DNA of 36,877 nucleotides from IMG/VR virus record IMGVR_UViG_3300024517_000004; one strand, given 5' to 3'. Source of the DNA: a virus. The notes beneath the pieces were generated by a model, which did no database searches, had not been told where the DNA came from, and was given only the letters and a program-made list of their open reading frames with translations. The translations under genes and the position numbers were made by a program. Shown in pieces: positions 1-9,097 of the stretch (position 1 is the stretch's first letter; each line of letters begins with the position of its first letter).

Positions 1-54
1 TCACCTGTGCCTCTTAATACATCATTAAGAACGTTGTTGTAACCTGTACTTCTA
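1..54. repeat. Terminal exact repeat, copy 1 (identical to 36824..36877). Most likely a contig-closure overlap of a circular or circularly permuted genome.
   Basis: Read directly: tcacctgtgcctcttaatacatcattaagaacgttgttgtaacctgtacttcta is present at both window ends. A - strand ORF is in frame through the join. Confidence 0.95.
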
Positions 55-1517
55 CATTTTATCCAGTTAAGGTCAGGTTGGAAACCCACACCAGTAATAG
101 CATTAGTCGAATTATTACCAGTATAAATCACAGTATTAAAATGCTCACTAGGTATAACCGCTACTGCTGGAAGGTTAGATGTGCATAATGCTAAGAAGCC
201 AGATGGTGGTGTGTAGTAGAAGTCACCTATGCTATTAGAATCTTGATTGCCTTGTGCTGTCTTGTTACCAGCGAATGATGAATCTTGTCCGAAGTTCATT
301 ACGCAAACTTCTTCACCTCCACTATTACCTGACGAAACTATAGGTTTAACAGTTGTCCACCCTTTACCTGACCAATCTGTATTTGTTTCTATTATTGAAT
401 TATTCTTATAAAAAGATATGGTTTCACCATCTACATTTACAGCAACACCTATTATGTCAACGGTGGTATAAGTTGTACCTGTGTGTCCGTGATTTACTTG
501 TTCGTTATTGCTTGGATTATCTGCATCAGCAATACCAACAGCAATTTTATTATTACCCGAACCCGAAGGACCTGAATAATACATTTCAAAATACCACTTG
601 CCTGAAGAAACTCCAAAAGTACCAAATGCTTCTTCATTATCACCAACATTTACTTTTAAATTACCTTCATAAAAGTCTGCTGAACCAGTTTCACTTGGTT
701 GGATAGGATTAAACGTAGCAAAGTTATTCGTAGGCGTATCTATCATCTGGTCTGTACTGGCTAGGTTGCTAGGTGTCCAGTTGTTAGAGTTACTAGAGGC
801 ATCATTACCTAGACCACTTGAGGTTGCTGCGGATAATTTAAAGTCTAGGTAGAAACCATTAGTACCATAAGTACCTGAATATTCTATAGGCTTCCACTCA
901 CCGTAGTCACCTGTTTCTCCGAAGGCTGAAGGTAGTTCTGCTGTACCGTCTACGAAGTTTACTTCTGCTAGGTAGCCATCCCAATCCCAATCACCATTAT
1001 ATCTGCCACCTATAAACACTTCATAACCATTATTAATGTTCATATTTGCGTTTTGACTTGGGGTAGTGGTTTGAGTAAACTCACTAGATATATCAGAACC
1101 ATTAATATAGACTTTAACTCTATTAGATGATGTAGCCTGTGTAGTATCTACAGAAATTATTAAATGATACCAAGCAGAGGGGTCACGAAATAAAGCACCA
1201 GTTGCAGGTGTACTCCATCTTAAATTATAAAAATCACCCCCTGTCTGCACATAATCGTCAATAGTCATTCTTCCTGCGGAATTGAGGAACACATTTAAGA
1301 ATCCCTCACCCGCACCATAATCACCAGTTGTTAGTATGGCTTGAGTAGATGATATTGCACCCAACTTAAACCAAGTAGAAATGGTAAATTTCTGCCTGTC
1401 ACTTGAAGGTAGGACTCTGCTTAAATATGCTCCATCACTAATATTAAAGCGTAGAGAGTTTGCTATCTCATAAGCAGAGCCAGAAGAGTACATCCATTGT
1501 GGTGAGCCTATTGCCAT
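1..1517 (-). CDS. Tail fibre / receptor-binding protein. This is the 5' portion of a 786-aa ORF split by the linearisation point; it continues at 36823..35980.
   Basis: The ATG is at 1517, 1 nt after the TAA (1519-1521) of the upstream gene. I checked every tta/cta/tca on the + strand from 1 to 1517. None has its first base at a coordinate divisible by 3, so this - frame is open down to base 1. Through the 54-bp overlap it joins in frame (..VLRGTGD/LFSDTTAVE..). Hand translation gives MAIGSPQWMYSSGSAYEIANSLRFNISDGAYLSRVLPSSDRQKFTI (LamG/concanavalin-like fibre N-terminus), SSGKWYFEMYYSGPSGSGNNKIA (SPRY-like signature), GDFYYTPPSGFLALCTSNLP and FNTVIYTGNNSTNAITGVGFQPDLNWIKCRS. It is missing from the supplied ORF track because the frame has no stop on this side of the window. 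Confidence 0.85.
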   Translation of the reverse strand, partial: MAIGSPQWMYSSGSAYEIANSLRFNISDGAYLSRVLPSSDRQKFTISTWFKLGAISSTQAILTTGDYGAGEGFLNVFLNSAGRMTIDDYVQTGGDFYNLRWSTPATGALFRDPSAWYHLIISVDTTQATSSNRVKVYINGSDISSEFTQTTTPSQNANMNINNGYEVFIGGRYNGDWDWDGYLAEVNFVDGTAELPSAFGETGDYGEWKPIEYSGTYGTNGFYLDFKLSAATSSGLGNDASSNSNNWTPSNLASTDQMIDTPTNNFATFNPIQPSETGSADFYEGNLKVNVGDNEEAFGTFGVSSGKWYFEMYYSGPSGSGNNKIAVGIADADNPSNNEQVNHGHTGTTYTTVDIIGVAVNVDGETISFYKNNSIIETNTDWSGKGWTTVKPIVSSGNSGGEEVCVMNFGQDSSFAGNKTAQGNQDSNSIGDFYYTPPSGFLALCTSNLPAVAVIPSEHFNTVIYTGNNSTNAITGVGFQPDLNWIKCRSTGYNNVLNDVLRGTG

Positions 1518-1518
1518 A

Positions 1519-2373
1519 TTATGCGAAAGCCAGTTGTGGAGTGCCTAAAAGAATCCTACCTGATGCTACGACCAAATAAGGAACTAAATCTGTGGCACTT
1601 GCTGTTGCAGTAAGTGTTAAACCTGCTGCTCCTGCTGTTTCATAATCTGTACCTAATCCTACGGTTCTTGAACCTGTACCATCTTGAATAAATGCTATAA
1701 ATCCACTCTGTCCTACTTGCTCAGTAGTTGGATTTGCTAGAGTTACATTACCTGTTAGTGTTAGTACAAAGTTTTGATTAGCAGCAAAGTCTAATGTTAC
1801 TGAACCTGTATTAGTAGCGTCTGTGCTTGTAGTGGCTACTGCTGTTCCTGTTACTGTAATTCCGTTAGCAGTTGTTGCTATTTTTACAGAATTGTCGTGG
1901 TTTAAAGTAACTGCACCATCAGCAGTTGCTTGTAATAATGTTTCACCTGTATATTTTTGTAATAATATATCATTAGAACGAATATGTAAATTACCTGTTC
2001 CAGCATCATCTATATATGAATTTGAAGCATCGTGATATATGCGTAAGTCATTACCACCACCAACTTGAATAACATTGTTATCACCAAGATTTAAATCACC
2101 CGTCATAGTGCCACCTGCTTTAGGAAGTGCTGCATCTAACTGTGTCTGTATAGCAGAGGTTACACCATCTACATAATTGAGTTCAGCAGGTGTTGCAGTA
2201 ACTGTTGTTCCACTTATCTTTAATGCTGAAATGTTAGGTGCAATGGCAGTTGTTCCATCAAATAAATTGTCTATTGTATCTAAATTAGTGTTCAATTTTC
2301 CACCCCATGTATCTGCTGACGCACCTACTTCGGGTTTAGTCAGGCTATACGTTGTAGTAGTTGTGTCTGCCAT
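1519..2373 (-). CDS. Tail fibre protein (284 aa)
   Basis: The N-terminus MADTTTTTYSLTKPEVGASADTWGGKLNTNLDTIDNLF fits the common phage fibre N-terminal pattern (Y.L.KP..G...WG..LN.N.D.ID). The rest is T/G/A/N-rich and beta-like. It lies between the capsid module and the second fibre gene. Confidence 0.7.
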   Translation of the reverse strand: MADTTTTTYSLTKPEVGASADTWGGKLNTNLDTIDNLFDGTTAIAPNISALKISGTTVTATPAELNYVDGVTSAIQTQLDAALPKAGGTMTGDLNLGDNNVIQVGGGNDLRIYHDASNSYIDDAGTGNLHIRSNDILLQKYTGETLLQATADGAVTLNHDNSVKIATTANGITVTGTAVATTSTDATNTGSVTLDFAANQNFVLTLTGNVTLANPTTEQVGQSGFIAFIQDGTGSRTVGLGTDYETAGAAGLTLTATASATDLVPYLVVASGRILLGTPQLAFA

Positions 2374-2388
2374 AATATTTTCCTTTTT

Positions 2389-2679
2389 TTAATAAGTGCC
2401 TTTCCACACTCGTAATTTGTCGAAGTCACCTGATAAAATCTTTCGTTTCATAACCTCTTTTCGGGCTTCTAAATCGCCCCATTTAACACCTGCTTCGTTA
2501 CACCACTCTTTAATTAAATGAACAGGTATCCTACCTATTAACTTATTTTCTCCAGTAGTACCCAACCCTTGACGATTGATATTTTTAACCTGTTCAATAT
2601 ATGGTTGGTTACTGAAAGTGCTTTCAATGATAATTTTATCATCTTTTGTGTCTAAATGTACCTTCTCAGATATTTTCAT
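2389..2679 (-). CDS. Hypothetical protein (96 aa), downstream of the capsid gene
   Basis: The track ORF 2389..2718 starts at a GTG buried in the 2701-2722 hairpin. An internal ATG at 2679 is preceded by aaaggaaaagg (SD). Product starts MKISEKVHLDTKDDKIIIESTF. No function recognised. Confidence 0.6.
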   Translation of the reverse strand: MKISEKVHLDTKDDKIIIESTFSNQPYIEQVKNINRQGLGTTGENKLIGRIPVHLIKEWCNEAGVKWGDLEARKEVMKRKILSGDFDKLRVWKGTY

Positions 2680-2700
2680 CCTTTTCCTTTGTTTTGTCAA

Positions 2701-2722
2701 TAGGGTGGGGTTAACCACCCTA
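2701..2722 (-). promoter_or_regulatory. GC-rich hairpin directly after the capsid gene (possible attenuator or mRNA-stabilising stem)
   Basis: tagggtgg-ggttaa-ccacccta forms an 8-bp perfect stem with a 6-nt loop, 11 nt after the capsid stop codon. There is no U-tract on the transcribed (-) strand. Confidence 0.5.
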
Positions 2723-2732
2723 AAGATTTAAC

Positions 2733-3683
2733 TTATGATGTTGAACAATCAACTACCATGCCTGACGCCGCTTCATTTTTACATACAAGTGTTAACTCAG
2801 TTAGCACCTGACGCTTTGTTGAATCGCCTGTCTTAGCAAGAGCAGTATTCTTGGTTGGACGTAACACACCACATGACCACATGTCATTTTGCATAATGAA
2901 AACATCCCTTCCGGCGTTTTCACGAGTTGGGGTAAACTCTACAGTTCCCCAAGGTGTTACATACACATCCAAACTTTTAACAACCTTTTCATCACCTGCC
3001 TGAACAGTTGAGCGTTGGTTGTTGTTACCCGTAAATCCTAGAGCAATATTCATTTGATATGCTGAAAGATATACAGAGTCAGGACGACCACCATTCTCCC
3101 AAATAGACTGCATCGCTGAATCGAAGTCTGCTTGTGTGAATGCTGTTTGTGTACCGTTTGTACGAGCATCTGTACCATCACCAGTTGGGTCTGCACCTCC
3201 AACACCTGTATTAGTGATGTTAGATGTCATCCATGAAGGTGCGCCTGCAAGTTCCCTAGCAGTTGTTGCGTTACCTACTACACGAGCGTTATTAGAAAAA
3301 AGAGCCTTTTCAATGTCTAATTTCTGTTCCTTCGCGATTTTTAACGTCATGTACGCCATCTCTGATGCTCTACCGGCCTTAGAAAGTCCAGTATCTGTAT
3401 CGGCTACAGTAACAGCATTCTTAAAGATTTGCGTGTAGTTACCTTGCCTAGTAGTTGCTGTACGAGCCTCTGCGGTTGTCTCATCTCCTTCAATGTGGGC
3501 ATTAGCCGCACTTGCTCTTAATGAATCTGTCTGCCACTCATGTAAAGTGTTAGACGCCTTTGATTTTTTCAACGATGAATAAAACGGTGTTTCTTCAGGT
3601 GAGATGTTATAAATAACATCGGCTAAGTCTTCACGAATACCGTTAGCATCATAGTGGTCGAAAGTATTAGTTGGCTGTGCCAT
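2733..3683 (-). CDS. Major capsid protein (316 aa, HK97-fold type)
   Basis: It follows the scaffold-like gene. The N-terminal motif GIREDLADVIYNISPEETPFYSSL matches the '..D.I.NISP..TPF' signature I associate with a podovirus major capsid family. Size is typical. Confidence 0.8.
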   Translation of the reverse strand: MAQPTNTFDHYDANGIREDLADVIYNISPEETPFYSSLKKSKASNTLHEWQTDSLRASAANAHIEGDETTAEARTATTRQGNYTQIFKNAVTVADTDTGLSKAGRASEMAYMTLKIAKEQKLDIEKALFSNNARVVGNATTARELAGAPSWMTSNITNTGVGGADPTGDGTDARTNGTQTAFTQADFDSAMQSIWENGGRPDSVYLSAYQMNIALGFTGNNNQRSTVQAGDEKVVKSLDVYVTPWGTVEFTPTRENAGRDVFIMQNDMWSCGVLRPTKNTALAKTGDSTKRQVLTELTLVCKNEAASGMVVDCSTS

Positions 3684-3701
3684 AATATTTCTCCTATTAT
3701 A

Positions 3702-4718
3702 TTAAGTATTTAAAATTAAACCAAGTGCGTCTTCAACGCTACCTGATTTCTTGAGTTTTGCCTGTTGGCGTTTGCGAATATTAACCTGTGAATCTGACAT
3801 TTTCTTTGCTCCCGGTTTAAGGGATGGTTTGGAGCGTTTCGCCTTGACTATCGCTTTTTCCTTACCACTCAATATGGCTTGGTACTTTAAAGCATCGTTT
3901 AGCACTTGTATAGCCCTTGCATCCATTACCTGCCCAATCTCTTGAGTAGAGTAACCATAATGCTCTTGGCCACCTTGTACTAACCGTTCTTTTAGTTTGC
4001 CTGCCTTATCTGTATCAGCAAATTCAGGAATTACTTCTTGAAGACGTTGCATTTGATTCTTTAAATAAACTTGTTTGGCTTGTTTTTCCGCCTCACCTTG
4101 TTGCATCGCTACTTGTTGTAGTTCTGCCATTTGATTATTATAAGCACCTAGTTGTTCATCGTATTTCAACTTGTCTTGCATGTAACCGATAGGGTCACTC
4201 TCCAACAGTTCTTTCGGAGGTTCAATAGGTGGATTTGCAATACCGCCATCATTAAGTTTCTGAAATATATCAGATATTTGTTGTCTTTCGCTTAAAAGGG
4301 ATTCATAGACCTGCTCTGCTTCTTTACGTTGCCGAGCGGCTTCTTGCATCCCATCTTGGACGTATTTCTGTCCACTGTAGCCTTGCTTGAGTTCATCTAA
4401 GGATACCTGCTCTAATTTACCATTAACTTTAACGGCAATAAGGTCAGGCTCTTCTTGAACGGCATCCTCTAACGTGTTATCGTCTTCGTCCTGTTCACCT
4501 GCTTCCAAAGAAACCTCTTCGTCTTCAGGGTTGTCACTATCAGAATCTTCAGTAGCCTCTATTTCGACCTCAGCAGTTTCCTCTACCTCTTCGATAGCCT
4601 CTTCTGTTGCCTGAGTTTCTGCCTCTACAGTTTCTACTTTTTCTTCTTCAATTGGAGCAATTATGCTCTCAACAGCAGTTTCTATACTGCCATCCATTGT
4701 GGTTTCAGTCGTGTCCAT
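3702..4718 (-). CDS. Scaffolding protein (338 aa)
   Basis: It sits between portal and capsid. It has a very acidic E/D/T-rich N-terminal third, a long predicted coiled coil (QQ/KE/AE heptad-like text) and a basic C-terminus (KAKRSKPSLKPGAKK). Confidence 0.6.
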   Translation of the reverse strand: MDTTETTMDGSIETAVESIIAPIEEEKVETVEAETQATEEAIEEVEETAEVEIEATEDSDSDNPEDEEVSLEAGEQDEDDNTLEDAVQEEPDLIAVKVNGKLEQVSLDELKQGYSGQKYVQDGMQEAARQRKEAEQVYESLLSERQQISDIFQKLNDGGIANPPIEPPKELLESDPIGYMQDKLKYDEQLGAYNNQMAELQQVAMQQGEAEKQAKQVYLKNQMQRLQEVIPEFADTDKAGKLKERLVQGGQEHYGYSTQEIGQVMDARAIQVLNDALKYQAILSGKEKAIVKAKRSKPSLKPGAKKMSDSQVNIRKRQQAKLKKSGSVEDALGLILNT

Positions 4719-4732
4719 AACGGTGCTGTCTC

Positions 4733-4972
4733 CTATTTTTTACGTTTCTGTTTACGATTGTAGATTGCCTCATCTGCTATTACAGAGTCGAAGTAGTCTT
4801 CAATCTTCCCTAACACACGAATAATATCATGTGCATCATCACGCTCATCCGTTGTCGAATTTACGTTTATGAACACAGCGACTTGCTGTTCCATAATCTC
4901 TTTCATGACCATCTGAAATGTTTCATCGGCCATTAATGTTTTCATCTTAGCAGATTTAGATGTTATATGCAT
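4733..4972 (-). CDS. Hypothetical small protein (79 aa) between portal and scaffold
   Basis: The ORF is tightly packed. Its start overlaps the portal stop by 1 nt. No motif recognised. Confidence 0.55.
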   Translation of the reverse strand: MHITSKSAKMKTLMADETFQMVMKEIMEQQVAVFINVNSTTDERDDAHDIIRVLGKIEDYFDSVIADEAIYNRKQKRKK

Positions 4973-7065
4973 TAGTATCTACCACCTGTTACTGCTTGTG
5001 ATGGCTGTTGTTGTGGATACCTTGGTTTATCTTGCATCTGTTTAACCTTAGCAACATCTACTGCACTACCGTATTGACCTGCTATCTTAGCGGCATCTAC
5101 AATTAGATTTTGGTCTAATTCATCACGCTTTCGGTCATCCTCTGCTATTGCTTTTTGTGCCTCAATCTCCATCTTCATCATGTCTGTCTGTGCCTTAGTC
5201 TGAGCCTTCATAGTTTCTGCCTCTACTAATGCCTGTTCAGGAGTCATCTGTTGTTGTTGTTGAGCCATCTGCTGTTGCTGTTGTAGTAACTGTTGTTCTT
5301 GCTCAGGAGTCATTGGATTAAAGTATCGGTCAGCGTTTCTAACACCTGATATGGCGAGCATGTCTGCTAACGTATTTCTAATTTGCGTCATTCCAACCAG
5401 TCCATTGTTTGCTCCATAGGTTTGCCATATTTGCATTTGCATTTGTAATGCTTGCCCAAGGGCGGCTTGTCTTTGGTCTTCACGTCCAGTACCAAGTCCA
5501 ACATTAACCGTCACATCCATTTCAGCATTCCATGTACGAGGGTCGATTGGTACATAGTTACCATTTAATTTCATCATTGTCTCTTCGCACGAATTTTCAA
5601 CAAGAAGGTTTAGGATTAATTTGAATAACCGTTTCATACCTCCTTCTGCAATATTTCTAGCAATCACCTCTATCTGACCTGCTCCCTGTTGGGCAGTTAG
5701 TTGTGCGGCAGTTGCTGTTGTATTCTGTAATGCGTCAGGGTCTAATCCCATGCTTGCTTTAGTAACACCTGTCTTAGATTCTATCTCTTGGTCAAGATAC
5801 TGCATTGCAGTTAATACCTGTCCTGCGACAAATGGTGTTGCTATATCTATAAGCGCATCCCTTGATTTCATTCTTACAAGGCCACCTATTTCGTTGTTCA
5901 TTAGGTCGTCTACATTTACCTGACCACCTATATAGCCTACTCTTGGTGAGTTAGTAAGGGCAACATTATCCATCATTCCTCTTAACATAGCAGTTGAGGA
6001 ATCTTGGTCATTCAATATAAGGTCAGCAATAGAGCGTCCAAAGAATGTGTGTGGCTCAGGGTCAACCTCAAATACTGCGAATGGTACTTCTCCCCAAGGT
6101 TCAAAATCTAGCATTTCATCATCATTACCACCTAAGAAAAAGCGATACATTCTCGCAGTTCCTGTACCATCAATATCCATCTTCATGTAGGCCTCTGTAA
6201 CTACAACATTCTTCATAGAAGGGTCGGCAGTATGTTCGTTCTCATCTTGGTCATAGCCTTTACGTTCAAATACTTCTGCGTCTGTAAAGGTATCGTCAGA
6301 TGACATTCCTGACAGTTCTGACACTTGGTCAAATTCAAAGCCCATTGCTACTAGGTCTGAAACTCGCATCTCTGTTCGGTGTGCAACTAATAGTGCGTCC
6401 TCTACTGATTTGGCGTTTCTATCTACAATAAACTCTTCAGGAGGTACAGACTCTACACAAAGTTTGCCTGTCTCTTTAGCATAACTAACCTTTAATGAGT
6501 GTTGTGGCATTTCGACTTCCATTCCCATCTCATCAACTTCCATAGAGACTTCTGTTGTTTGCTCCATTACTGTGACGTTTTTATCTTGCACAATAGCGGT
6601 TAATTCTTCGTCAGTCAGGTTTGAATATGTGTGTATTTTTTCAGAGGTATAGTCTTCCCAATACGCTTTTAGAACGCCTGTTTTCTTCACTAGAGCGTCA
6701 TGTATTGCATCATTAAGCAGTCTGTATCCATTTAACTGATTAAACGTGTAATGAGCAAATCTAGTGGCTTGGTCTGCCATCGCTACATCTTCTTGATTTG
6801 TAGGAACATACTCTACAGGGTTCTCTGAAGAGAGGAACACTCGCATCAAACTAGGCTTAATTGCTCTAACCACGTCTCTGACCTTGGTTGCGACAATTTT
6901 TGACCTACCTTCCTCTTCGCCAATATCGACTTGACCCTCGAAGTACCGTTGTGATTTGATTCGGTCTTCTACAATTTCACTTTCCATAAAGGACACAGCA
7001 TCTTTAATAGCATCACTAACAATTCCTTGGATTTCGTCTTCTGTCATTTGTTCGTTTACTTCCAT
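4972..7065 (-). CDS. Portal protein (697 aa)
   Basis: Size and position (immediately upstream of scaffold and capsid) fit a portal. The acidic core carries a C-terminal Q-rich barrel-like tail (EQEQQLLQQQQQMAQQQQQMTPEQ). Confidence 0.8.
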   Translation of the reverse strand: MEVNEQMTEDEIQGIVSDAIKDAVSFMESEIVEDRIKSQRYFEGQVDIGEEEGRSKIVATKVRDVVRAIKPSLMRVFLSSENPVEYVPTNQEDVAMADQATRFAHYTFNQLNGYRLLNDAIHDALVKKTGVLKAYWEDYTSEKIHTYSNLTDEELTAIVQDKNVTVMEQTTEVSMEVDEMGMEVEMPQHSLKVSYAKETGKLCVESVPPEEFIVDRNAKSVEDALLVAHRTEMRVSDLVAMGFEFDQVSELSGMSSDDTFTDAEVFERKGYDQDENEHTADPSMKNVVVTEAYMKMDIDGTGTARMYRFFLGGNDDEMLDFEPWGEVPFAVFEVDPEPHTFFGRSIADLILNDQDSSTAMLRGMMDNVALTNSPRVGYIGGQVNVDDLMNNEIGGLVRMKSRDALIDIATPFVAGQVLTAMQYLDQEIESKTGVTKASMGLDPDALQNTTATAAQLTAQQGAGQIEVIARNIAEGGMKRLFKLILNLLVENSCEETMMKLNGNYVPIDPRTWNAEMDVTVNVGLGTGREDQRQAALGQALQMQMQIWQTYGANNGLVGMTQIRNTLADMLAISGVRNADRYFNPMTPEQEQQLLQQQQQMAQQQQQMTPEQALVEAETMKAQTKAQTDMMKMEIEAQKAIAEDDRKRDELDQNLIVDAAKIAGQYGSAVDVAKVKQMQDKPRYPQQQPSQAVTGGRY

Positions 7066-9089
7066 AATGTTATCCCATTGTTTTCATCATTGCCTGAGTT
7101 CGTCATTGACGATAGCAAACCTGTAATACCTAACTCGACATCTCCTCCTGCTTTACCTGTTTGATATGCTACAGCCCTGCTAGATGCTCGTGAAATACCT
7201 CCAGTAAATTTATTAATCATATCTTGTACTATTTTCATATTACCTGATGTTAGTGCTTTTCTAACTGCATCAGGGTTTTCAGATAGTAATAACTGTACTA
7301 AAGCCTGTTTTTGCTGTGGTGAAAGGCCTTGTTTAAGGCTGTCCACTAGCACTCCTGTTAATGCAACCATAGCCTGTGGGTCTCCCTGTGTGGCTCTTAC
7401 AACATTTCCAACAACATTCCCTGCTTGTTGTTGTGGGGCTGTTCCTGAACCCATTGTTATCCTATTCTCTGCCTGCTGAGACTGTCCTGCTATTCTTGCT
7501 TTTTTAATAATATCGTTTACACTTTGTTCAGGGAATACAAGTCTAATTAGTTCATTTTCTTGACTGCCTTCTTTGGCAACTTTATTTAAATACGTTGGGG
7601 TTTTTCTTATTTTATTTCGCAACGCATTCATTATTCCTGACCTAAATGCTTTTAGCACAGCATTATTCTGTATTGTTGGAGACACCCCAATTAGGGCTTC
7701 CATTTCTACTTCTAATTCATCTGTATTTTTACTCAATGAGCCTCTTCCTAATTTATAAGCATCTCTTGCTTTTCTAATTACACTAGCATTTGCCCTTGTA
7801 GCCGATAGAGATGGCGAAAATATATCTAGTTGACCTTTTAACCTTTTTTCTAAATCGCCAAGTGGCTCACCTAAAGTACCCTTACCTGACCTAAATGCCG
7901 TACTTGTGTCCTCATATAATGCTCTTCTAATTATTTCTGCGTCTTCTAAAGTTGGCATTCTTTCTATTTTCATTATGCCATCTTTATCTAAAACAAAGAA
8001 AGGAACAACATTCCCTCTGGCTTTATATATTTTATTTAGGGTTTCACCTGCATCGGGTAGCCTATTTAACGCTTCAGTTAATGTTTCTACAATTTCAGGT
8101 GTTAATTCTTTTGCATCTTTCCATACATGTTTATATAGTTTTCTTTCTTGCTTTTTGAACGCCTCGTCTGTTGCTGTATAGGCTTTATGCACATTCTCCC
8201 TATCACCAATATCAGGTGTCATTTCCTTTTGCATCTTCTCTTTGGCTATGTCTCTTGTTTGTGTTGTTCTTCGTGCTAACGTGGAGTCTATCTGCCCTTT
8301 GTCTGCCATCTCACCACGCAACCACCTCATAGCACCCTCTAGTGTCTTGTTATCTGCAACAATCTCACCGTTTGCTACCTTCTCTATCACCTCTTCAGGT
8401 GATAAGCCTGTGCTTTGTACTAATTCCATAAACTTTTTTCCAACTACGGTTGCTGTTTCGTCTCCAAAAACTGCTCGAAGTTTTTCTATTGCTTTTGAAA
8501 TAAGACCACCACCTGCGTCCATCACAACACCTGTTGTTCCTGCAAAAACACCACCAACACCCATCCCTAAGGGAACACGAGTTAAGTCATCAGCAAGTCC
8601 TTGTTCACCTGTTCCTAATGCGGCTGTTCCTCCTTCTCCTATACCCCATTTTACGGATGGCCATGCCCTTTGTAGTATATTGCCAGTTCTTGCTGAGGCA
8701 AAACCCTGACCACCCGGAACTAGAAATGCCAATGCTGTAGGTGCTAATGCACCTAGTATTTCTTGTGTAATGGCTATTTTTGGGTTTTCTTTTTGAAATG
8801 CGTGGAGTTTTTGTCTTATTTCGTCTCTTATTTCTTCATAAGGCCTTGACCCCGGCTTTAATTGCATCAGACCTGCTTCTAACTCATCTGCAAAACCAAG
8901 TAATGCCCCTTGTGCATAACTTCTAAGGTTTTGACTTTCAGCAGGTGGTGCTACATCTACTGGGTTATCAATAACATATTGAATAGCATCTTTGTTTTCT
9001 TGCGATATAGCGTCAAAGTTTATTGTACCCACACTATTAGGGGAGGTATTTTTGTCTTCGTCAATTGCATTAAAGTTTATAGTGGCCAT
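7056..9089 (-). CDS. Internal virion / ejection-type protein (677 aa)
   Basis: It has Gly-rich hydrophobic segments (LGALAPTALAFLVPGGQGF; VPLGMGVGGVFAGTTGVVMDAGGG) followed by long helical regions. It overlaps the portal start by 10 nt. The N-terminus carries a duplicated TINF(N/D)AI motif. Confidence 0.45.
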   Translation of the reverse strand: MATINFNAIDEDKNTSPNSVGTINFDAISQENKDAIQYVIDNPVDVAPPAESQNLRSYAQGALLGFADELEAGLMQLKPGSRPYEEIRDEIRQKLHAFQKENPKIAITQEILGALAPTALAFLVPGGQGFASARTGNILQRAWPSVKWGIGEGGTAALGTGEQGLADDLTRVPLGMGVGGVFAGTTGVVMDAGGGLISKAIEKLRAVFGDETATVVGKKFMELVQSTGLSPEEVIEKVANGEIVADNKTLEGAMRWLRGEMADKGQIDSTLARRTTQTRDIAKEKMQKEMTPDIGDRENVHKAYTATDEAFKKQERKLYKHVWKDAKELTPEIVETLTEALNRLPDAGETLNKIYKARGNVVPFFVLDKDGIMKIERMPTLEDAEIIRRALYEDTSTAFRSGKGTLGEPLGDLEKRLKGQLDIFSPSLSATRANASVIRKARDAYKLGRGSLSKNTDELEVEMEALIGVSPTIQNNAVLKAFRSGIMNALRNKIRKTPTYLNKVAKEGSQENELIRLVFPEQSVNDIIKKARIAGQSQQAENRITMGSGTAPQQQAGNVVGNVVRATQGDPQAMVALTGVLVDSLKQGLSPQQKQALVQLLLSENPDAVRKALTSGNMKIVQDMINKFTGGISRASSRAVAYQTGKAGGDVELGITGLLSSMTNSGNDENNGITLWK

Positions 9090-9097
9090 CCTAATCC

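Noticed and set aside
1-54. The 54-bp terminal repeat as genuine physical direct terminal repeats (T7-like DTR)
   Set aside because: It is very short and sits in the middle of a tail-fibre coding sequence, which is continuous across the join. An assembly overlap of a circular or permuted genome is the simpler reading. Sequence alone cannot exclude a true DTR.
353-706. Track ORF on the + strand (117 aa, L/Y/H/Q-rich)
   Set aside because: It lies antisense to the verified open - strand fibre frame (1..1517). Its composition is what results from reading coding DNA backwards, and it has no SD or promoter.
8242-8709. 155-aa + strand ORF. Similar + strand ORFs occur at 11859..12446, 13327..13671, 14285..14695, 17809..18147, 19451..19867 and 33123..33416.
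   Set aside because: All are embedded antisense in long, well-supported - strand genes. They are kept open by biased or low-complexity composition (for example the S/T-rich and E/T-rich regions). Their translations are low-complexity and none has a translation signal.
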